A stretch of DNA of 63,955 bases, filler included. It is 8 parts of 8 records of this genome, joined end to end, with 100 filler letters (N's around TTAATTAATTAA, not from the genome) between each part and the next. Parts side by side here need not be neighbours in the genome. Positions count along the whole stretch, not along the records: positions 37,940 to 44,388 come from SRR31147125_14442; positions 44,489 to 52,933 come from SRR31147125_14447; 6 more parts are not named here. One strand, given 5' to 3'. The notes under the pieces were generated by a model that saw only the letters and a list, made by a program, of their open reading frames with translations, did no database searches and was not told the DNA's origin. The translations under genes were made by a program, and so were the position numbers. Positions within the stretch are counted from its first letter, which is position 1; each line of letters begins with the position of its first letter. This document shows, one piece after another, positions 39,725 to 50,497 of this stretch.

Positions 39725-39749
39725 AAAATTATCCTCTCTATAAGTAAAT

Positions 39750-40862
39750 CTATATTAAAAACTCGTCCATATCATAAACAGTATTAATTTTTCCTGATAA
39801 GACGCTTATAAACGTTGGACTATCAGAAAACTTCTTTATTACAGTAGGTCTAGAATCATCCACCTCTGATGCTTGTAAAATTGGCTTCATAGAGTAAAGT
39901 GATTCTTTATATGTAAAGCCGTACTCTTCTTTTAAATATTTTCTAGCAAGGCTAGACATGTAGCTATAAGCGGATTTTGGCTTTGCTTTGCATAGATTGC
40001 AATTTCCTAACTGCGAAGGTGAACAATACCCGTCGCTTAGCTTTTGGCATTTAAATTTTGGTAAGCTATCATAGCTTGTAACATGCGGGGTAAAAGTGAC
40101 CGAAGTTAGTGAATGTAAACCGGTTTTTCCAAATGGCATGATTGAGAAGAAAGGTCCATCCATAACAGTTATTCCAACGTCCTTTAGCTTATCATCAGTT
40201 TCACATATTATTATTTCACATAACTCATATTTGATATTGAAAAGATCATAGCCCAACAAATCTGAAATCTGATTTGTTGAAGCATATGTTGCATTAATCA
40301 GAAAATCAGTCTGATGCTTTTGTCCGTCTTCTAACATGATTTCATAATTAGTTGAATGTTTTTCTATTTTAGAAATTCTAGAATTATATTTTATTTGGAT
40401 ATTATCGTGTTTTGAAAGCTCTTTTAAATAATAATCTTTTAAAATCATGGCATCATACGTGTATTCTTTTGTCAAAAATGCGCCAGAGCACGTAGAATCT
40501 TTAAAATATTTGCTTGCACTTATGTCTTCGCACATAATATTAGAATACTCGCAAAACTTTCTAAATTGGTCTGCGCTTGTCCAAGAGAATTTTTTTGATA
40601 TTGCATAAATTTTGTCGAATTCGCTTTCTACACAAAAGCCAAAATCCTCATTAAACCTTTTGAAGTATTTTGCTGATTTTATGGCTGTTGAATACGACCT
40701 TGGGTAGTGATACCCCATATGAACTCTTGCTTGATTAACGTATGTAGCGCGAGAGAAAGCTTCATTATCATATTCTAAAACTAGAATCTTTTGATCTTTG
40801 CATTTGTGTGCACAATATAGACCATATAGACCTGCGCCTATAATTATTTTATCAAACACCAT
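39750..40862 (-). CDS. FAD-dependent oxidoreductase
   Basis: IIGAGLYG, RAT..NQARVH.GYHYPRS, T.MDGPF.S.MP and V.SGKI motifs. Confidence 0.82.
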   Translation of the reverse strand: MVFDKIIIGAGLYGLYCAHKCKDQKILVLEYDNEAFSRATYVNQARVHMGYHYPRSYSTAIKSAKYFKRFNEDFGFCVESEFDKIYAISKKFSWTSADQFRKFCEYSNIMCEDISASKYFKDSTCSGAFLTKEYTYDAMILKDYYLKELSKHDNIQIKYNSRISKIEKHSTNYEIMLEDGQKHQTDFLINATYASTNQISDLLGYDLFNIKYELCEIIICETDDKLKDVGITVMDGPFFSIMPFGKTGLHSLTSVTFTPHVTSYDSLPKFKCQKLSDGYCSPSQLGNCNLCKAKPKSAYSYMSSLARKYLKEEYGFTYKESLYSMKPILQASEVDDSRPTVIKKFSDSPTFISVLSGKINTVYDMDEFLI

Positions 40863-41080
40863 TTGGTTATATAATCCTTATATTATTTTTGGCAGATTAA
40901 TTATAACAGCTTTGTTTAATGTTGTCATCATTTTTGTTCTTTGAGTTTTTACTGCAATAGAACAAAATACCTTATTAGAATTTGTATTTTGATCAATACA
41001 TGATTGGCGTAAAAATGGTTGCAATGATACTGATTAATTTGGCTAAACACGATGTTTTTAAAATTATATGATCAATTTGA

Positions 41081-41110
41081 TTGACGATAAAAGATAAGAT
41101 ATATTATAAT
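41081..41110 (+). promoter_or_regulatory. SigA promoter of cysS
   Basis: TTGACG-N18-TATAAT. Confidence 0.55.
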
Positions 41111-41196
41111 TATTTAAATTGTCTAATATTGATAACGATAATATCTATATTTATTATATATAGTTTTAAATTTTAAAAGAATTGGAAGTGGAAAAA

Positions 41197-42578
41197 TTGA
41201 AAATTTTTAATACTCAAACGAGAAAAAAAGAAGAACTGAAAACTATTGAACCTAATAAAGTGAAAATATATGCATGTGGTCCTACTGTATATAATTTTTT
41301 TCATATAGGAAACGCAAGACCTTTTATAGTTTTTGATACATTAAGAAGATACCTGGAGTATGCAGGGTATGATGTGACATTTGTCCAAAACTTTACTGAT
41401 ATAGATGATAAGATGATCATTAATGCAAATGAAGAAGGAATAACAGTTAAGGAATTAGCAGAGAGGTTTATTGCAGAGTATTATAAAGATGCAAAAGCTT
41501 TGAATATTAAAGAGGCGCATATTCATCCAAAAGCTACAGAGCATATGGATGAAATTATAGATCTGATTAAAAAACTTGTGGATAATGGATATGCATACGA
41601 AGCTAATGGCGATGTGTATTTTGATACAGCAAAGTTTGAAGGCTACGGAAAGCTTTCTGGTCAATCGATTGATGACCTTGAATCGGGTTCTAGAGTTGAA
41701 GTAAATGATGTAAAGAAAAACCCAATTGATTTTGCTCTTTGGAAAGCAAAAAAAGAAGGTGAGCCTTTTTGGGAAAGTCCTTTTTCTGAAGGTAGACCAG
41801 GGTGGCATATTGAGTGTAGTGCTATGAGCATGAAGTATCTTGGCGAAACTATAGATATTCATGGTGGGGGTCAGGATTTGGTTTTCCCTCATCACGAAAA
41901 TGAAGTTGCTCAATCGGAAGGTGCAACTGGTAAGCCATTTTGTAACTATTGGATGCATAATGGATATATCAATATAGACAATAAAAAGATGTCGAAGTCG
42001 GCGGGTAACTTTTTTACCGTGCGTGATATTATAAAAGAAGTTGATCCTATTGCGGTAAGGTTGTTTATGCTTTCTTCTCACTATAGAAATCCAATTAACT
42101 TTTCTGAGGCGTTATTAACCCAAGCAGTTTCTGCGCTAGGAAGAATAAAGAACTTTTTGAAAACTTAGACTTTATCGTTGATAATGATAAGAATGTTGAT
42201 GGAGTTGGCATAGAAGAGATAAATACTGAATATAAGAATAAGTTTATAAAAGCAATGGATGATGACCTGAATACTGCCGATGCTATTGGCGTTGTTTTTG
42301 AATATATTAAAGATATTAACCAAAAGTTTGCGGATGGTGCAAATGCAGATGAAGCAAAAAAAGCAAAAGAGTTTGTAACTGAACTATTGGATGTATTGGG
42401 TTTGTACGCAGAGGAAAAATCTGATATTCCAGCAGAAGTTTTGGATTTGGTTGAACAAAGAAAAACTGCTCGCGCTGAGAAAAACTGGGCAAGAGCTGAT
42501 GAGATAAGAGATGAGCTAAAAGAGATGGGCTACGAGGTAAAAGACACAGCTGATGGTGCTAAAATTAGTAAGATATAA
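41197..42578 (+). CDS. cysS: Cysteine--tRNA ligase; one-base frameshift at T5 42154-42158
   Basis: [28 protein letters not shown] and KMSKS motifs. The second ORF supplies MDDDLNT and the anticodon domain (AD.IRDEL). Adding one T joins them. Confidence 0.95.
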
Positions 42579-42666
42579 GAGATTTTTAAACTGAAAAACA
42601 TAATTTTTGTGACTATTAGTATCTTTGATGTCCGAAATAGTTGTATCGAAAGGACGTGGTTTTAAC

Positions 42667-43344
42667 ATGACTAAGCTATATAAAACACTATCATGTTTAG
42701 CTTCTATAATGCTGCTTATTTTAATGATATTCATGGTTATCCATTTTTTGGGATTGAATAAAGGCATCTATGGTTCTTTGCAAAGAAAGTATAAGGTGAA
42801 CGAAGACATTGGGATATCTCAAAATGATTTGGATAGAGTTACCGATGTTTTCATAGATTATACTAAAGGTAAAGCTGAAAGTATATCTGTATTAGTTGAT
42901 ATTGATGGCGAGACCAAGGAGATGTTTAACCAAAGAGAAACCCTGCATATGGTTGACGTTAAAAACCTTTATGTAGGTATGATAAGAATTTGTTATATAT
43001 TCGCAGCACTGATAGTTTTGATCTTTGGGTTTTTGTTTGCTGCCAAGAAAAAAGATATCGTTTTCTCAATGCATAAAAAAGTGTCGATTGGGTTTATTTT
43101 GTTCTGCGTAATACTTGGAATATACTTTATTGTGGATTTTAATAGTTTTTGGACGAATGTGCATTTAATATTGTTTACCAATGATTTGTGGCTTTTAAAC
43201 CCAATGACAGATAGAATGATTTTGATGTTTCCTTTAGAATTTTTCTTATCGCTTAGCATTATAGTTTTGACCGTATTTGCTGTTGTTTTTGTTGCTTTAA
43301 TGGCTATAACCAACAAGCTATCTAAAAAAGCAACAGTAGTTTAG
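42667..43344 (+). CDS. TIGR01906/DUF1461 membrane protein
   Basis: FN.RE..HM.DVK.L and F......H...F.NDLWL.NP..D.MI.M.P..FF motifs. Confidence 0.85.
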   Translation: MTKLYKTLSCLASIMLLILMIFMVIHFLGLNKGIYGSLQRKYKVNEDIGISQNDLDRVTDVFIDYTKGKAESISVLVDIDGETKEMFNQRETLHMVDVKNLYVGMIRICYIFAALIVLIFGFLFAAKKKDIVFSMHKKVSIGFILFCVILGIYFIVDFNSFWTNVHLILFTNDLWLLNPMTDRMILMFPLEFFLSLSIIVLTVFAVVFVALMAITNKLSKKATVV

Positions 43345-43353
43345 GAGATTATT

Positions 43354-44363
43354 TTGGAAAGAAATATATTAGCTATTGAAACATCTTGTGATGAAACTGC
43401 TGCTGCTATAGTTAGAAACGGCAGGGAAGTGTTATCCAATGAAATTTACTCCCAAATTGAAATTCATGCCGAATATGGAGGGGTTGTTCCTGAGATTGCA
43501 TCAAGGAATCATACTCAAAAGCTACCATATATCGTACAACAGGCAATCGATAACAGCGCGCTTACTATTGATGATATAACCGATATTGCAGTCACTAATG
43601 GTCCTGGTTTAGTTGGAGCACTATTAACAGGAGTTTCTTTTGCTAAGGCCTTTGCTTATGCTAATAAAAAACCACTAATTGCTGTTAATCATATCGAGGG
43701 GCATATATGCTCGAACTATATTAGTGATAAAGAGCTTAAACCGCCATTTATATGTTTGGTGGTTTCTGGCGGACATACGCATATAGTGAAAGTGGATAAT
43801 GATATGGGCTATACTCTTTTGGGTCAAACAAGAGATGATGCTGCTGGTGAGGCTTTTGACAAAGTAGCACGGGTAATTGGTCTTGCTTATCCTGGTGGAC
43901 CAAACTTAGAAAAGCTAGCAAAAGATGGCGATGAAGATAAGTATGTTTACCCAACTGCTTTTAAAAAGAAAACCATTTGGATTTTTCGTTTAGTGGCATT
44001 AAAACTGCTGTTATAAATCATTTACACAAGATGAACCAAGCTGGCGAACATTACAAAAAGGCAGATGTTGCTGCTAGTTTTCAAAAAAACTTAGTTAACA
44101 ATTTAGCTGATAATACATTTGAAGCTGTAAAAAGAGAAGGTTTTAATATGCTTTGTATTGCTGGAGGAGTTTCATCTAATAATTATTTGCGTGAAGAATT
44201 TACTAAGCGAGCAACGGAGTTGAGCGTTAGATTATGCTTGCCAGATAAAAGGTATTGCACTGATAATGCGGCGATGATTGCTAGTGCTGCTTATTTTAAA
44301 CCTGATAATATCGGTAGTTTAGATTTAAACGCTGTACCGACGATGAAGCTAGAGTTTAAATAA
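43354..44363 (+). CDS. tsaD: tRNA N6-threonylcarbamoyltransferase TsaD; one-base frameshift at A5 ~43963-43967
   Basis: [54 protein letters not shown] and CTDNAAMI motifs, split over two ORFs. Confidence 0.95.
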
Positions 44364-44388
44364 TAGAATTTAAAAAAACTTATTCTAT

Positions 44389-44488
44389 NNNNNNNNNNNN
44401 NNNNNNNNNNNNNNNNNNNNNNNNNNNNNNNNTTAATTAATTAANNNNNNNNNNNNNNNNNNNNNNNNNNNNNNNNNNNNNNNNNNNN
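44389..44488. other. Artificial contig linker
   Basis: N44-TTAATTAATTAA-N44. Confidence 0.99.
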
Positions 44489-44579
44489 TGGCGGAGAAGG
44501 AGGGATTTGAACCCTCGCACCGGTCTCCCGGCCTATACCCTTAGCAGGGGCACCTCTTAAGCCACTTGAGTACTTCCCC
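44489..44579 (-). tRNA. tRNA-Ser(GCT)
   Basis: Reverse complement GGGGAAG...CCCCT-GCT-AAGGG, long variable arm, GGTTCAAATCC T-loop, CTTCTCC-G-CCA end. Confidence 0.96.
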
Positions 44580-44615
44580 AAATCCGACATTCTATGTGCG
44601 CTTTTGCGCCTTTAT

Positions 44616-44644
44616 AGAATATCGTATTTTTTTATCTTTGTCAA
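44616..44644 (-). promoter_or_regulatory. SigA promoter of tRNA-Ser
   Basis: TTGACA-N17-TATTCT on the minus strand. Confidence 0.7.
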
Positions 44645-44650
44645 CCTATT

Positions 44651-46828
44651 TTATTCTTTTATCATGGTTAATCCGACTTTACCTCTATCTTTATCAATGT
44701 TTAAGACAAAGACTTTCACAATATCACCAACATTTAGCACATCTTTCGGGTGTTTAATGTATGATTTAGAGATTTTAGAGATGTGGAGTAATCCATCATT
44801 TTTAAGACCTACATCAATAAATGCACCAAAGTCTACAACGTTTCTAACTGTACCTTCTAGTTCCATACCTTCTTTTAAATCATCGATTTTTAAAATATCT
44901 GATTTTAACAATGGCTGTGCAAATTGATCTCTTGGATCTCGAAGTGGTGCAACAAATGCATCTAATATATCTGTTAATGTATATTTATCTACATTTAATT
45001 CTTTTTGTAATTGCACGCGATCCATATTGTTAACAAGAAGTTTCACTTCTGGTTTACCAAACATATCGCCAGTGATATTAAACATTGCCATAATCTTTTT
45101 AGCAACTTCATAACTCTCAGGGTGAACAGCAGTCATATCAAGTGCTTCATCACCATCAGGAATACGCAAGAAACCAATCGATTGTTCAAATGTTTTACCA
45201 CCCATACGTGGTACATTTAATAAATCATCACGTTTATTAAAACGACCGACTTTATCTCTATATTTTACGATATTATTCGCACTCGTTTTATTTAATCCTG
45301 AAACATACATCAGTAATGATTTACTTGCAGTATTAACATTAACACCAACGCTGTTAACGGCTTGTGTAACCACATACCCTAAAGATTCGTTTAATTTTTT
45401 AGCAGAGACATCATGTTGATATTGACCAACACCAATACTCTTAGGATCAATTTTAACAAGTTCTGATAATGGATCTTGTAATCGTCTAGCAATAGATGCT
45501 GCTGATCTTTCTTCAACAGAAAAATCAGGGAATTCTTCTCTAGCAAGTTCACTTGCTGAATATACTGATGCTCCTGCTTCATTAACAATGACATATGATA
45601 GTTCAAGTGCAGTTGTTTTAAATAATTCAGCAACAAACTTCTCAGTTTCTCTAGAAGCAGTACCATTACCGATTGCGATTAATTCAACTTTGTGTTTTCT
45701 AATTAAACGTAGTAATGTTCTTTGTGATTCTTCGATTTGTTTTTGAGTGACAGTACCACCTTTAGTTTTCTCATGTGGATAAATCACACCTTTTTCTAAA
45801 ACAGTTCCTTGTTCATTACATACAGATAATTTACAACCTGTTCTAAAGGCTGGGTCAATACCTAATACGACTTTCCCTTTTAGTGGTGGTTGTAATAATA
45901 ATTTATTTAAGTTAAGTGCAAAGACATCAATGGCTTGTTCTTCTGCTTTTTCAGTTAGCTCTGCTCTTACTTCTCTTTCAATAGATGGATAAATAAGACG
46001 TTTAAGTGCATCTGCAATCGCTTCTTTTATAAAAGGTGTCGCAGGAGAAGATTCATCTTTAATCATTTGGAAATTTAAATAATTAATGAGTAAATCTTTA
46101 TCCATATCAATCTTAACAGAAATGACTTTTTCTTTTTCTGCACGATTCATCGCAAGTATACGATGAGGTTTCATTTGACTTACAGGTTCATGATAATCAT
46201 AATACATCTCATAAACTTTTCGCTCATCAACAGCGTTTTTCTTCACGCTTGTGACTGCTTCGCCATCATCAACTACTGATTGACGTAAAACCTTACGATA
46301 ATCAGCATTATCAGATACCATTTCAGCAATGATATATTTTGCGCCTTCTAAAGCTTCATCAATTGATTTAACTTCTTCAGTTAAGAACTTAGAAGCATAA
46401 GCTTCAACATCATCTTTTGGAAACATGAGTAACCAAGTAGCAAGCGGCTCTAAGCCTTTTTTAATTGCTTCGGTTGCTTTTGTCTTTTTCTTTTCTTTAA
46501 ATGGACGATATAAATCTTCAACTTCAACGAGTTTATCAGCTTTTAAAATATCAGCTTTTAACGCATCAGTTAACATGCCTTTTTCATCAATTAAACGAAT
46601 AACTGCTTCTTTTCGTTCTAATAAATTGACTTGATATTGCCATGTCTTATGGATCTCATTAATTTGTTCTTCATCAAGTCCCCCAGTTGCTTCTTTACGA
46701 TATCTCGCAATAAAAGGAATCGTATTACCCTCATCAAGTAAATCCAAAACAGTTTTTACTTGTTTTTCTTTAATCCCTAATTGCGCTTTAATATCACTTA
46801 TAATTTGTTCATTCATATGTTCTAACAC
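44651..46828 (-). CDS. tex: Tex family RNA-binding transcription accessory protein
   Basis: GNTIPFIARYRKEATG.LDE, IDPAFRTGCK, IGNGTASRET, DPKSIGVGQYQHD motifs and a C-terminal S1 domain. Confidence 0.95.
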   Translation of the reverse strand: MLEHMNEQIISDIKAQLGIKEKQVKTVLDLLDEGNTIPFIARYRKEATGGLDEEQINEIHKTWQYQVNLLERKEAVIRLIDEKGMLTDALKADILKADKLVEVEDLYRPFKEKKKTKATEAIKKGLEPLATWLLMFPKDDVEAYASKFLTEEVKSIDEALEGAKYIIAEMVSDNADYRKVLRQSVVDDGEAVTSVKKNAVDERKVYEMYYDYHEPVSQMKPHRILAMNRAEKEKVISVKIDMDKDLLINYLNFQMIKDESSPATPFIKEAIADALKRLIYPSIEREVRAELTEKAEEQAIDVFALNLNKLLLQPPLKGKVVLGIDPAFRTGCKLSVCNEQGTVLEKGVIYPHEKTKGGTVTQKQIEESQRTLLRLIRKHKVELIAIGNGTASRETEKFVAELFKTTALELSYVIVNEAGASVYSASELAREEFPDFSVEERSAASIARRLQDPLSELVKIDPKSIGVGQYQHDVSAKKLNESLGYVVTQAVNSVGVNVNTASKSLLMYVSGLNKTSANNIVKYRDKVGRFNKRDDLLNVPRMGGKTFEQSIGFLRIPDGDEALDMTAVHPESYEVAKKIMAMFNITGDMFGKPEVKLLVNNMDRVQLQKELNVDKYTLTDILDAFVAPLRDPRDQFAQPLLKSDILKIDDLKEGMELEGTVRNVVDFGAFIDVGLKNDGLLHISKISKSYIKHPKDVLNVGDIVKVFVLNIDKDRGKVGLTMIKE

Positions 46829-46877
46829 TCCTTCATATAAACCAAAAGGGCAAAGCCCTTTAATTTTTTTAATTTGA

Positions 46878-47567
46878 TTATATACCGTTAATGATATCTA
46901 CGATTTCATCAACTTCAGTTTCGATTGAAAAGAATTCATTATCAGGATTTTCAGTATCGAAAACCACAAGCATGTTATCTTCATCTTCATCAAGTTCTAA
47001 ATGACTAATCGTTGTATCTGAAAATATTTCAGTATTTAATACAGAATCAAGATCAATAAAGAAGAATGCTGCAAATTGACTATCTTCGTTATCTTCTAAA
47101 TCTGTGTATGTAGGAATTTCACCAACTGATGTTTTTCCTTCAATCGCTTCTAATATATCTTCATCAATTTCTGATGAATAATAGAAATAGAAATAAATGA
47201 CTTCATTTGTATTCAGTAATTTTAATAAATCTTCATAATCATCGACGCCTTGGAATGCACTACGATCACCAAAGGTATTATCACCATTATCTCTAACAAT
47301 TTCATCTAAAGTTGTTTGAGAAATTGACACATAATCTTCATAAGGATTTTCATCTTCATCCTCAGTGAAATAATTAATTAAAAATACTGCAAGTACACCG
47401 ACCACAACTAATGTGATAATAAGCATACCAATTCTAAAAAATAGAATTTCTGATTTACTTGGTTCTTTTGCTTCTTTTAATACATTACTTTTCTTTGTTT
47501 CAGTTTTTTTCGCTTCAGCTTTTTTAACTGATGGTTTTGTATATGTTGATTTTTTCTTTTTTGCCAT
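46878..47567 (-). CDS. Hypothetical single-TM protein with very acidic extracellular domain
   Basis: Lys-rich N-terminus, one TM, then an Asp/Glu-rich domain with a Y.YFY.S thioredoxin-like strand but no CxxC. Confidence 0.75.
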   Translation of the reverse strand: MAKKKKSTYTKPSVKKAEAKKTETKKSNVLKEAKEPSKSEILFFRIGMLIITLVVVGVLAVFLINYFTEDEDENPYEDYVSISQTTLDEIVRDNGDNTFGDRSAFQGVDDYEDLLKLLNTNEVIYFYFYYSSEIDEDILEAIEGKTSVGEIPTYTDLEDNEDSQFAAFFFIDLDSVLNTEIFSDTTISHLELDEDEDNMLVVFDTENPDNEFFSIETEVDEIVDIINGI

Positions 47568-47642
47568 GTGTTGTTCACTTCCTATTCATAGAAAAATTAT
47601 ACCGAAATATATAAGATAATTCAACAATATGTTGAAATATGT

Positions 47643-47996
47643 TTAAACTTCGATACATGCATATGCAATTGCATGTGTATTTGTGTGTGTAATGGTAAGA
47701 TGAACGATTTCGTCATCATTAAAATAATCACTTAAAACATAAGGTTTACCATATTCATCAGGAAGTACTGAAAAATCAATATAATATGCTGTACCATGTC
47801 CTTTTGAGATTGCTTTGAATATAGCTTCTTTTGCTGCAAATCTACCACCTAAAAACGTAATTTTAGTATTTTCATCTGCAATGTTTTCATAAATCTTAAA
47901 TTCTTCTTTACTTAAGATGCGATGAATGAAACGATCATCTGCAATTTCTCTAATACGATCAAGATCGACCAAATCAATACCCATGCCTTTAATCAT
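47643..47996 (-). CDS. acpS: Holo-ACP synthase
   Basis: G.GIDLV, GRFAAKEA.FKA, GKP and .TITH motifs. Confidence 0.92.
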   Translation of the reverse strand: MIKGMGIDLVDLDRIREIADDRFIHRILSKEEFKIYENIADENTKITFLGGRFAAKEAIFKAISKGHGTAYYIDFSVLPDEYGKPYVLSDYFNDDEIVHLTITHTNTHAIAYACIEV

Positions 47997-48936
47997 TTAA
48001 CTGATACCCACTTTCTCTAATCTTTTCTGCTAATGCTTTAATTTTTTTAAATCGATGGTTTAAACCAGATTTTGATAATTGTTCACCAAATCTTTCTTCA
48101 TATAATTCAGAAAGTTCTCTTAAACTCATATCTGGATATTCTAACCTTATTTCCATGATTTGTTTTAATTTTGCATTTAACTGATCTTTTGGATAATACT
48201 TTAAAACGATTTTAATATCTTTGATTTGGTCATTGGCTGCAACAATCGCTTTTTTCTCATTGGCAATCTCACAATTCATGACACGATTAATTGAATTATT
48301 AAAATCTCTTTTTATCCGTATATCTTCATATTGAAACAATGCATTTTGTGCACCAACAAGTTGTAAAAATAAACTAATGTGCTCAGCATCTTTAATATAT
48401 GCGATATAACCAGTTCTTCTCTTAGTTATTTTAGCATTTAAATCAAAATAATTCATCATTTGTTGTATTAAAATGATTTCATCAGCATTTCTACAAAAGA
48501 TTTCTAAATGGTATTCAGCTGTTTTAGGATGATTGACTGAACCACTTGATAAGAAACATGCACGCAAAAATGCACGTTTTGACAGTTCAGATTGTGTAAG
48601 TAATTGTTGTGATTCAATTTCATTTTCTAGTAAACCGTGTTCACTGATAATATCAACAACTTTTGATTCAATTCTCACAATGACTGTTTGTCTTTTATTT
48701 AATTGATTTTGTTGTTGGGTTAAAAGTGAGGTTTGCGCTTGATAAAGTGTTCTTGTCAACTGTAAAAACCGTTTTGCAACGGTTGGATTATTGGTTTTAA
48801 AATCAAGCATTTTTTTGCTTGATTCTATATGAAATTCAGTGTTGAGATTTAAAAACGCTGCAAACTCAGCAAGCTGTTCTTCTAACTCAACAGGAACTGT
48901 GACCAATTCCTCTTTTACAGTTTTTGCAAAACTCAT
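47989..48936 (-). CDS. whiA: DNA-binding protein WhiA
   Basis: MSFA..VKEEL, FLRACFL..GSVN.P...YHLE, NR..NCE.AN..K and SKSGLNHR motifs. Confidence 0.92.
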   Translation of the reverse strand: MSFAKTVKEELVTVPVELEEQLAEFAAFLNLNTEFHIESSKKMLDFKTNNPTVAKRFLQLTRTLYQAQTSLLTQQQNQLNKRQTVIVRIESKVVDIISEHGLLENEIESQQLLTQSELSKRAFLRACFLSSGSVNHPKTAEYHLEIFCRNADEIILIQQMMNYFDLNAKITKRRTGYIAYIKDAEHISLFLQLVGAQNALFQYEDIRIKRDFNNSINRVMNCEIANEKKAIVAANDQIKDIKIVLKYYPKDQLNAKLKQIMEIRLEYPDMSLRELSELYEERFGEQLSKSGLNHRFKKIKALAEKIRESGYQLND

Positions 48937-48942
48937 GAATCA

Positions 48943-49854
48943 TTAATCCCAAGTTTCTAAATATTTTAAACAGTTTTGTACAGCAATTGCACCATCTGCA
49001 GTTGCAGTAACTACTTGTCTAATTTGTTTAACATTTACATCACCAGCACCAAAGATACCAGCAACTTTTGTTTCCATTTTTTCATTGACTTCTACATAGC
49101 CATATTTATTCGTAACACCTAAGTCTTTAACCATGTCAGTGACTGGAATTAAGCCAACGTATTCAAATACACCATCAGCTTTAACGGTTTGTTTATTGCC
49201 TTTATCATCTTTAATGACAACACCTGATAAACCTTTATCATCCATTTCAAATTTATCAACAAGAGATGAATAGAAGATATCAACATTTTTTTGTTTTAAT
49301 AAAATGTCTTGTGCTTTTGGATCAGCAGTAAGTTCTGCTAAGTTTTGAACAACTGTCACATGAGATGCAAGTGTTGCAAGATAGGCAGCTTCTTCAACTG
49401 CAGAGTTTCCTCCACCAATAACAACAACTTTTCTATCTTTATAAAGTGGTCCATCACAGATTGCACACCAACTAATACCATTCATCGCAAGTGCATCTTC
49501 GTTTTCTACACCTAATCTTCTAGGGACGTTACCTGTAGCAATAATGACTGCTTTTGCTTCATATGTTGTATTTGGTGTAATCACTTTTTTAACTTTACCA
49601 TCTAATTCAACTTTTGTTACTTCTTCATATAATACTTCCACACCAATTTCATAAGCGTGATCGATCATCATCGTTGCAAGCTCATATCCTGCGACTTTTT
49701 TAGCACCTGTGTAGTTTTCAATTTCATTATATTTAGAAAGTTGTCCACCTGGTGTATCTTTTTCAAACATAGCAACTTTTAAATTTGCTCTTTTTGCGTA
49801 AATACCTGCTGTAATACCTGCAGGACCGCTACCAATAATTAATACGTCATACAT
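48943..49854 (-). CDS. trxB: Thioredoxin reductase
   Basis: IIGSGPAG, CAIC redox motif, GGGNSA.EEA, GD....RQVVTA..DGA. Confidence 0.92.
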   Translation of the reverse strand: MYDVLIIGSGPAGITAGIYAKRANLKVAMFEKDTPGGQLSKYNEIENYTGAKKVAGYELATMMIDHAYEIGVEVLYEEVTKVELDGKVKKVITPNTTYEAKAVIIATGNVPRRLGVENEDALAMNGISWCAICDGPLYKDRKVVVIGGGNSAVEEAAYLATLASHVTVVQNLAELTADPKAQDILLKQKNVDIFYSSLVDKFEMDDKGLSGVVIKDDKGNKQTVKADGVFEYVGLIPVTDMVKDLGVTNKYGYVEVNEKMETKVAGIFGAGDVNVKQIRQVVTATADGAIAVQNCLKYLETWD

Positions 49855-49867
49855 AAGTTTATCTCCT

Positions 49868-50497
49868 TTATATTAAATCTGTTAAATTGATGAGTTCATC
49901 AATCACATATGTTGGGTTTTCTAATAACATTTCTTTTAACCGGTTTGAATATGATACCGCACATGATAATGTGCCTGCAGCATTGGCTGCTTTGATATCA
50001 TTTTCATGGTCACCGACATAAACCACATCTTGTGGTTCAACTTGAAAATATTTAAGTGATTTTAAAATAGGTTCAGCATCTGGCTTATGATTGATTACAT
50101 CATCATAACCAATTAAGTGCTCTATACATTCATCTAAGCCTGCAAGTTTTAAGTGGTTTAATGCGACTTCATTCATTTTTGATGTCACCACACCGACGCG
50201 TATACCTTTATCTAAGAAAAACTTGCATGTTTCTTTTGCGTAAGGGTAAGCTTCTAGTGATTGATTTAATCTTTCTTCAGTCATCTTACGATAACTGATG
50301 ATGATTTGATCAATCAGTTTTAAATCATCGGTATATAGACCAAATGTTTGATGGAGTGTTTGTCCTAAAAAACTTGTTAGTTTTTGTGCTTCAACATCTT
50401 CATCAAAATAATCTTTAATCACTTTTTTAAATACATCTAATATAATTTTTGTTGATTGAATGAGTGTACCGTCAAGGTCAAATAGTATTAATTTCAT
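49868..50497 (-). CDS. ppaX: HAD hydrolase, pyrophosphatase PpaX-like
   Basis: FDLDGTL, VVTSK, HKPD.EP and VGD...DI motifs. Sits in the hprK-lgt-ppaX gene order. Confidence 0.75.
   Translation of the reverse strand: MKLILFDLDGTLIQSTKIILDVFKKVIKDYFDEDVEAQKLTSFLGQTLHQTFGLYTDDLKLIDQIIISYRKMTEERLNQSLEAYPYAKETCKFFLDKGIRVGVVTSKMNEVALNHLKLAGLDECIEHLIGYDDVINHKPDAEPILKSLKYFQVEPQDVVYVGDHENDIKAANAAGTLSCAVSYSNRLKEMLLENPTYVIDELINLTDLI

Noticed and set aside
41110-41196. T-box riboswitch before cysS
   Set aside because: The leader is under 90 nt and AT-rich, with no T-box consensus or terminator hairpin.
41455-42081. Long antisense and alternate-frame ORFs (e.g. 41455-42081, 3727-4236, 21117-21494, 58016-58399, 54752-55081)
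   Set aside because: They are shadows of well-supported genes, with no RBS or recognisable motifs.
41197-44363. cysS and tsaD as pseudogenes or programmed frameshifts
   Set aside because: Both are normally essential, otherwise intact, and broken by one-base homopolymer losses like many other genes in the window.
44489-44579. tRNA as an integration site of a mobile element
   Set aside because: The contig ends exactly at the tRNA 3' end, so no att duplication or integrase can be seen.
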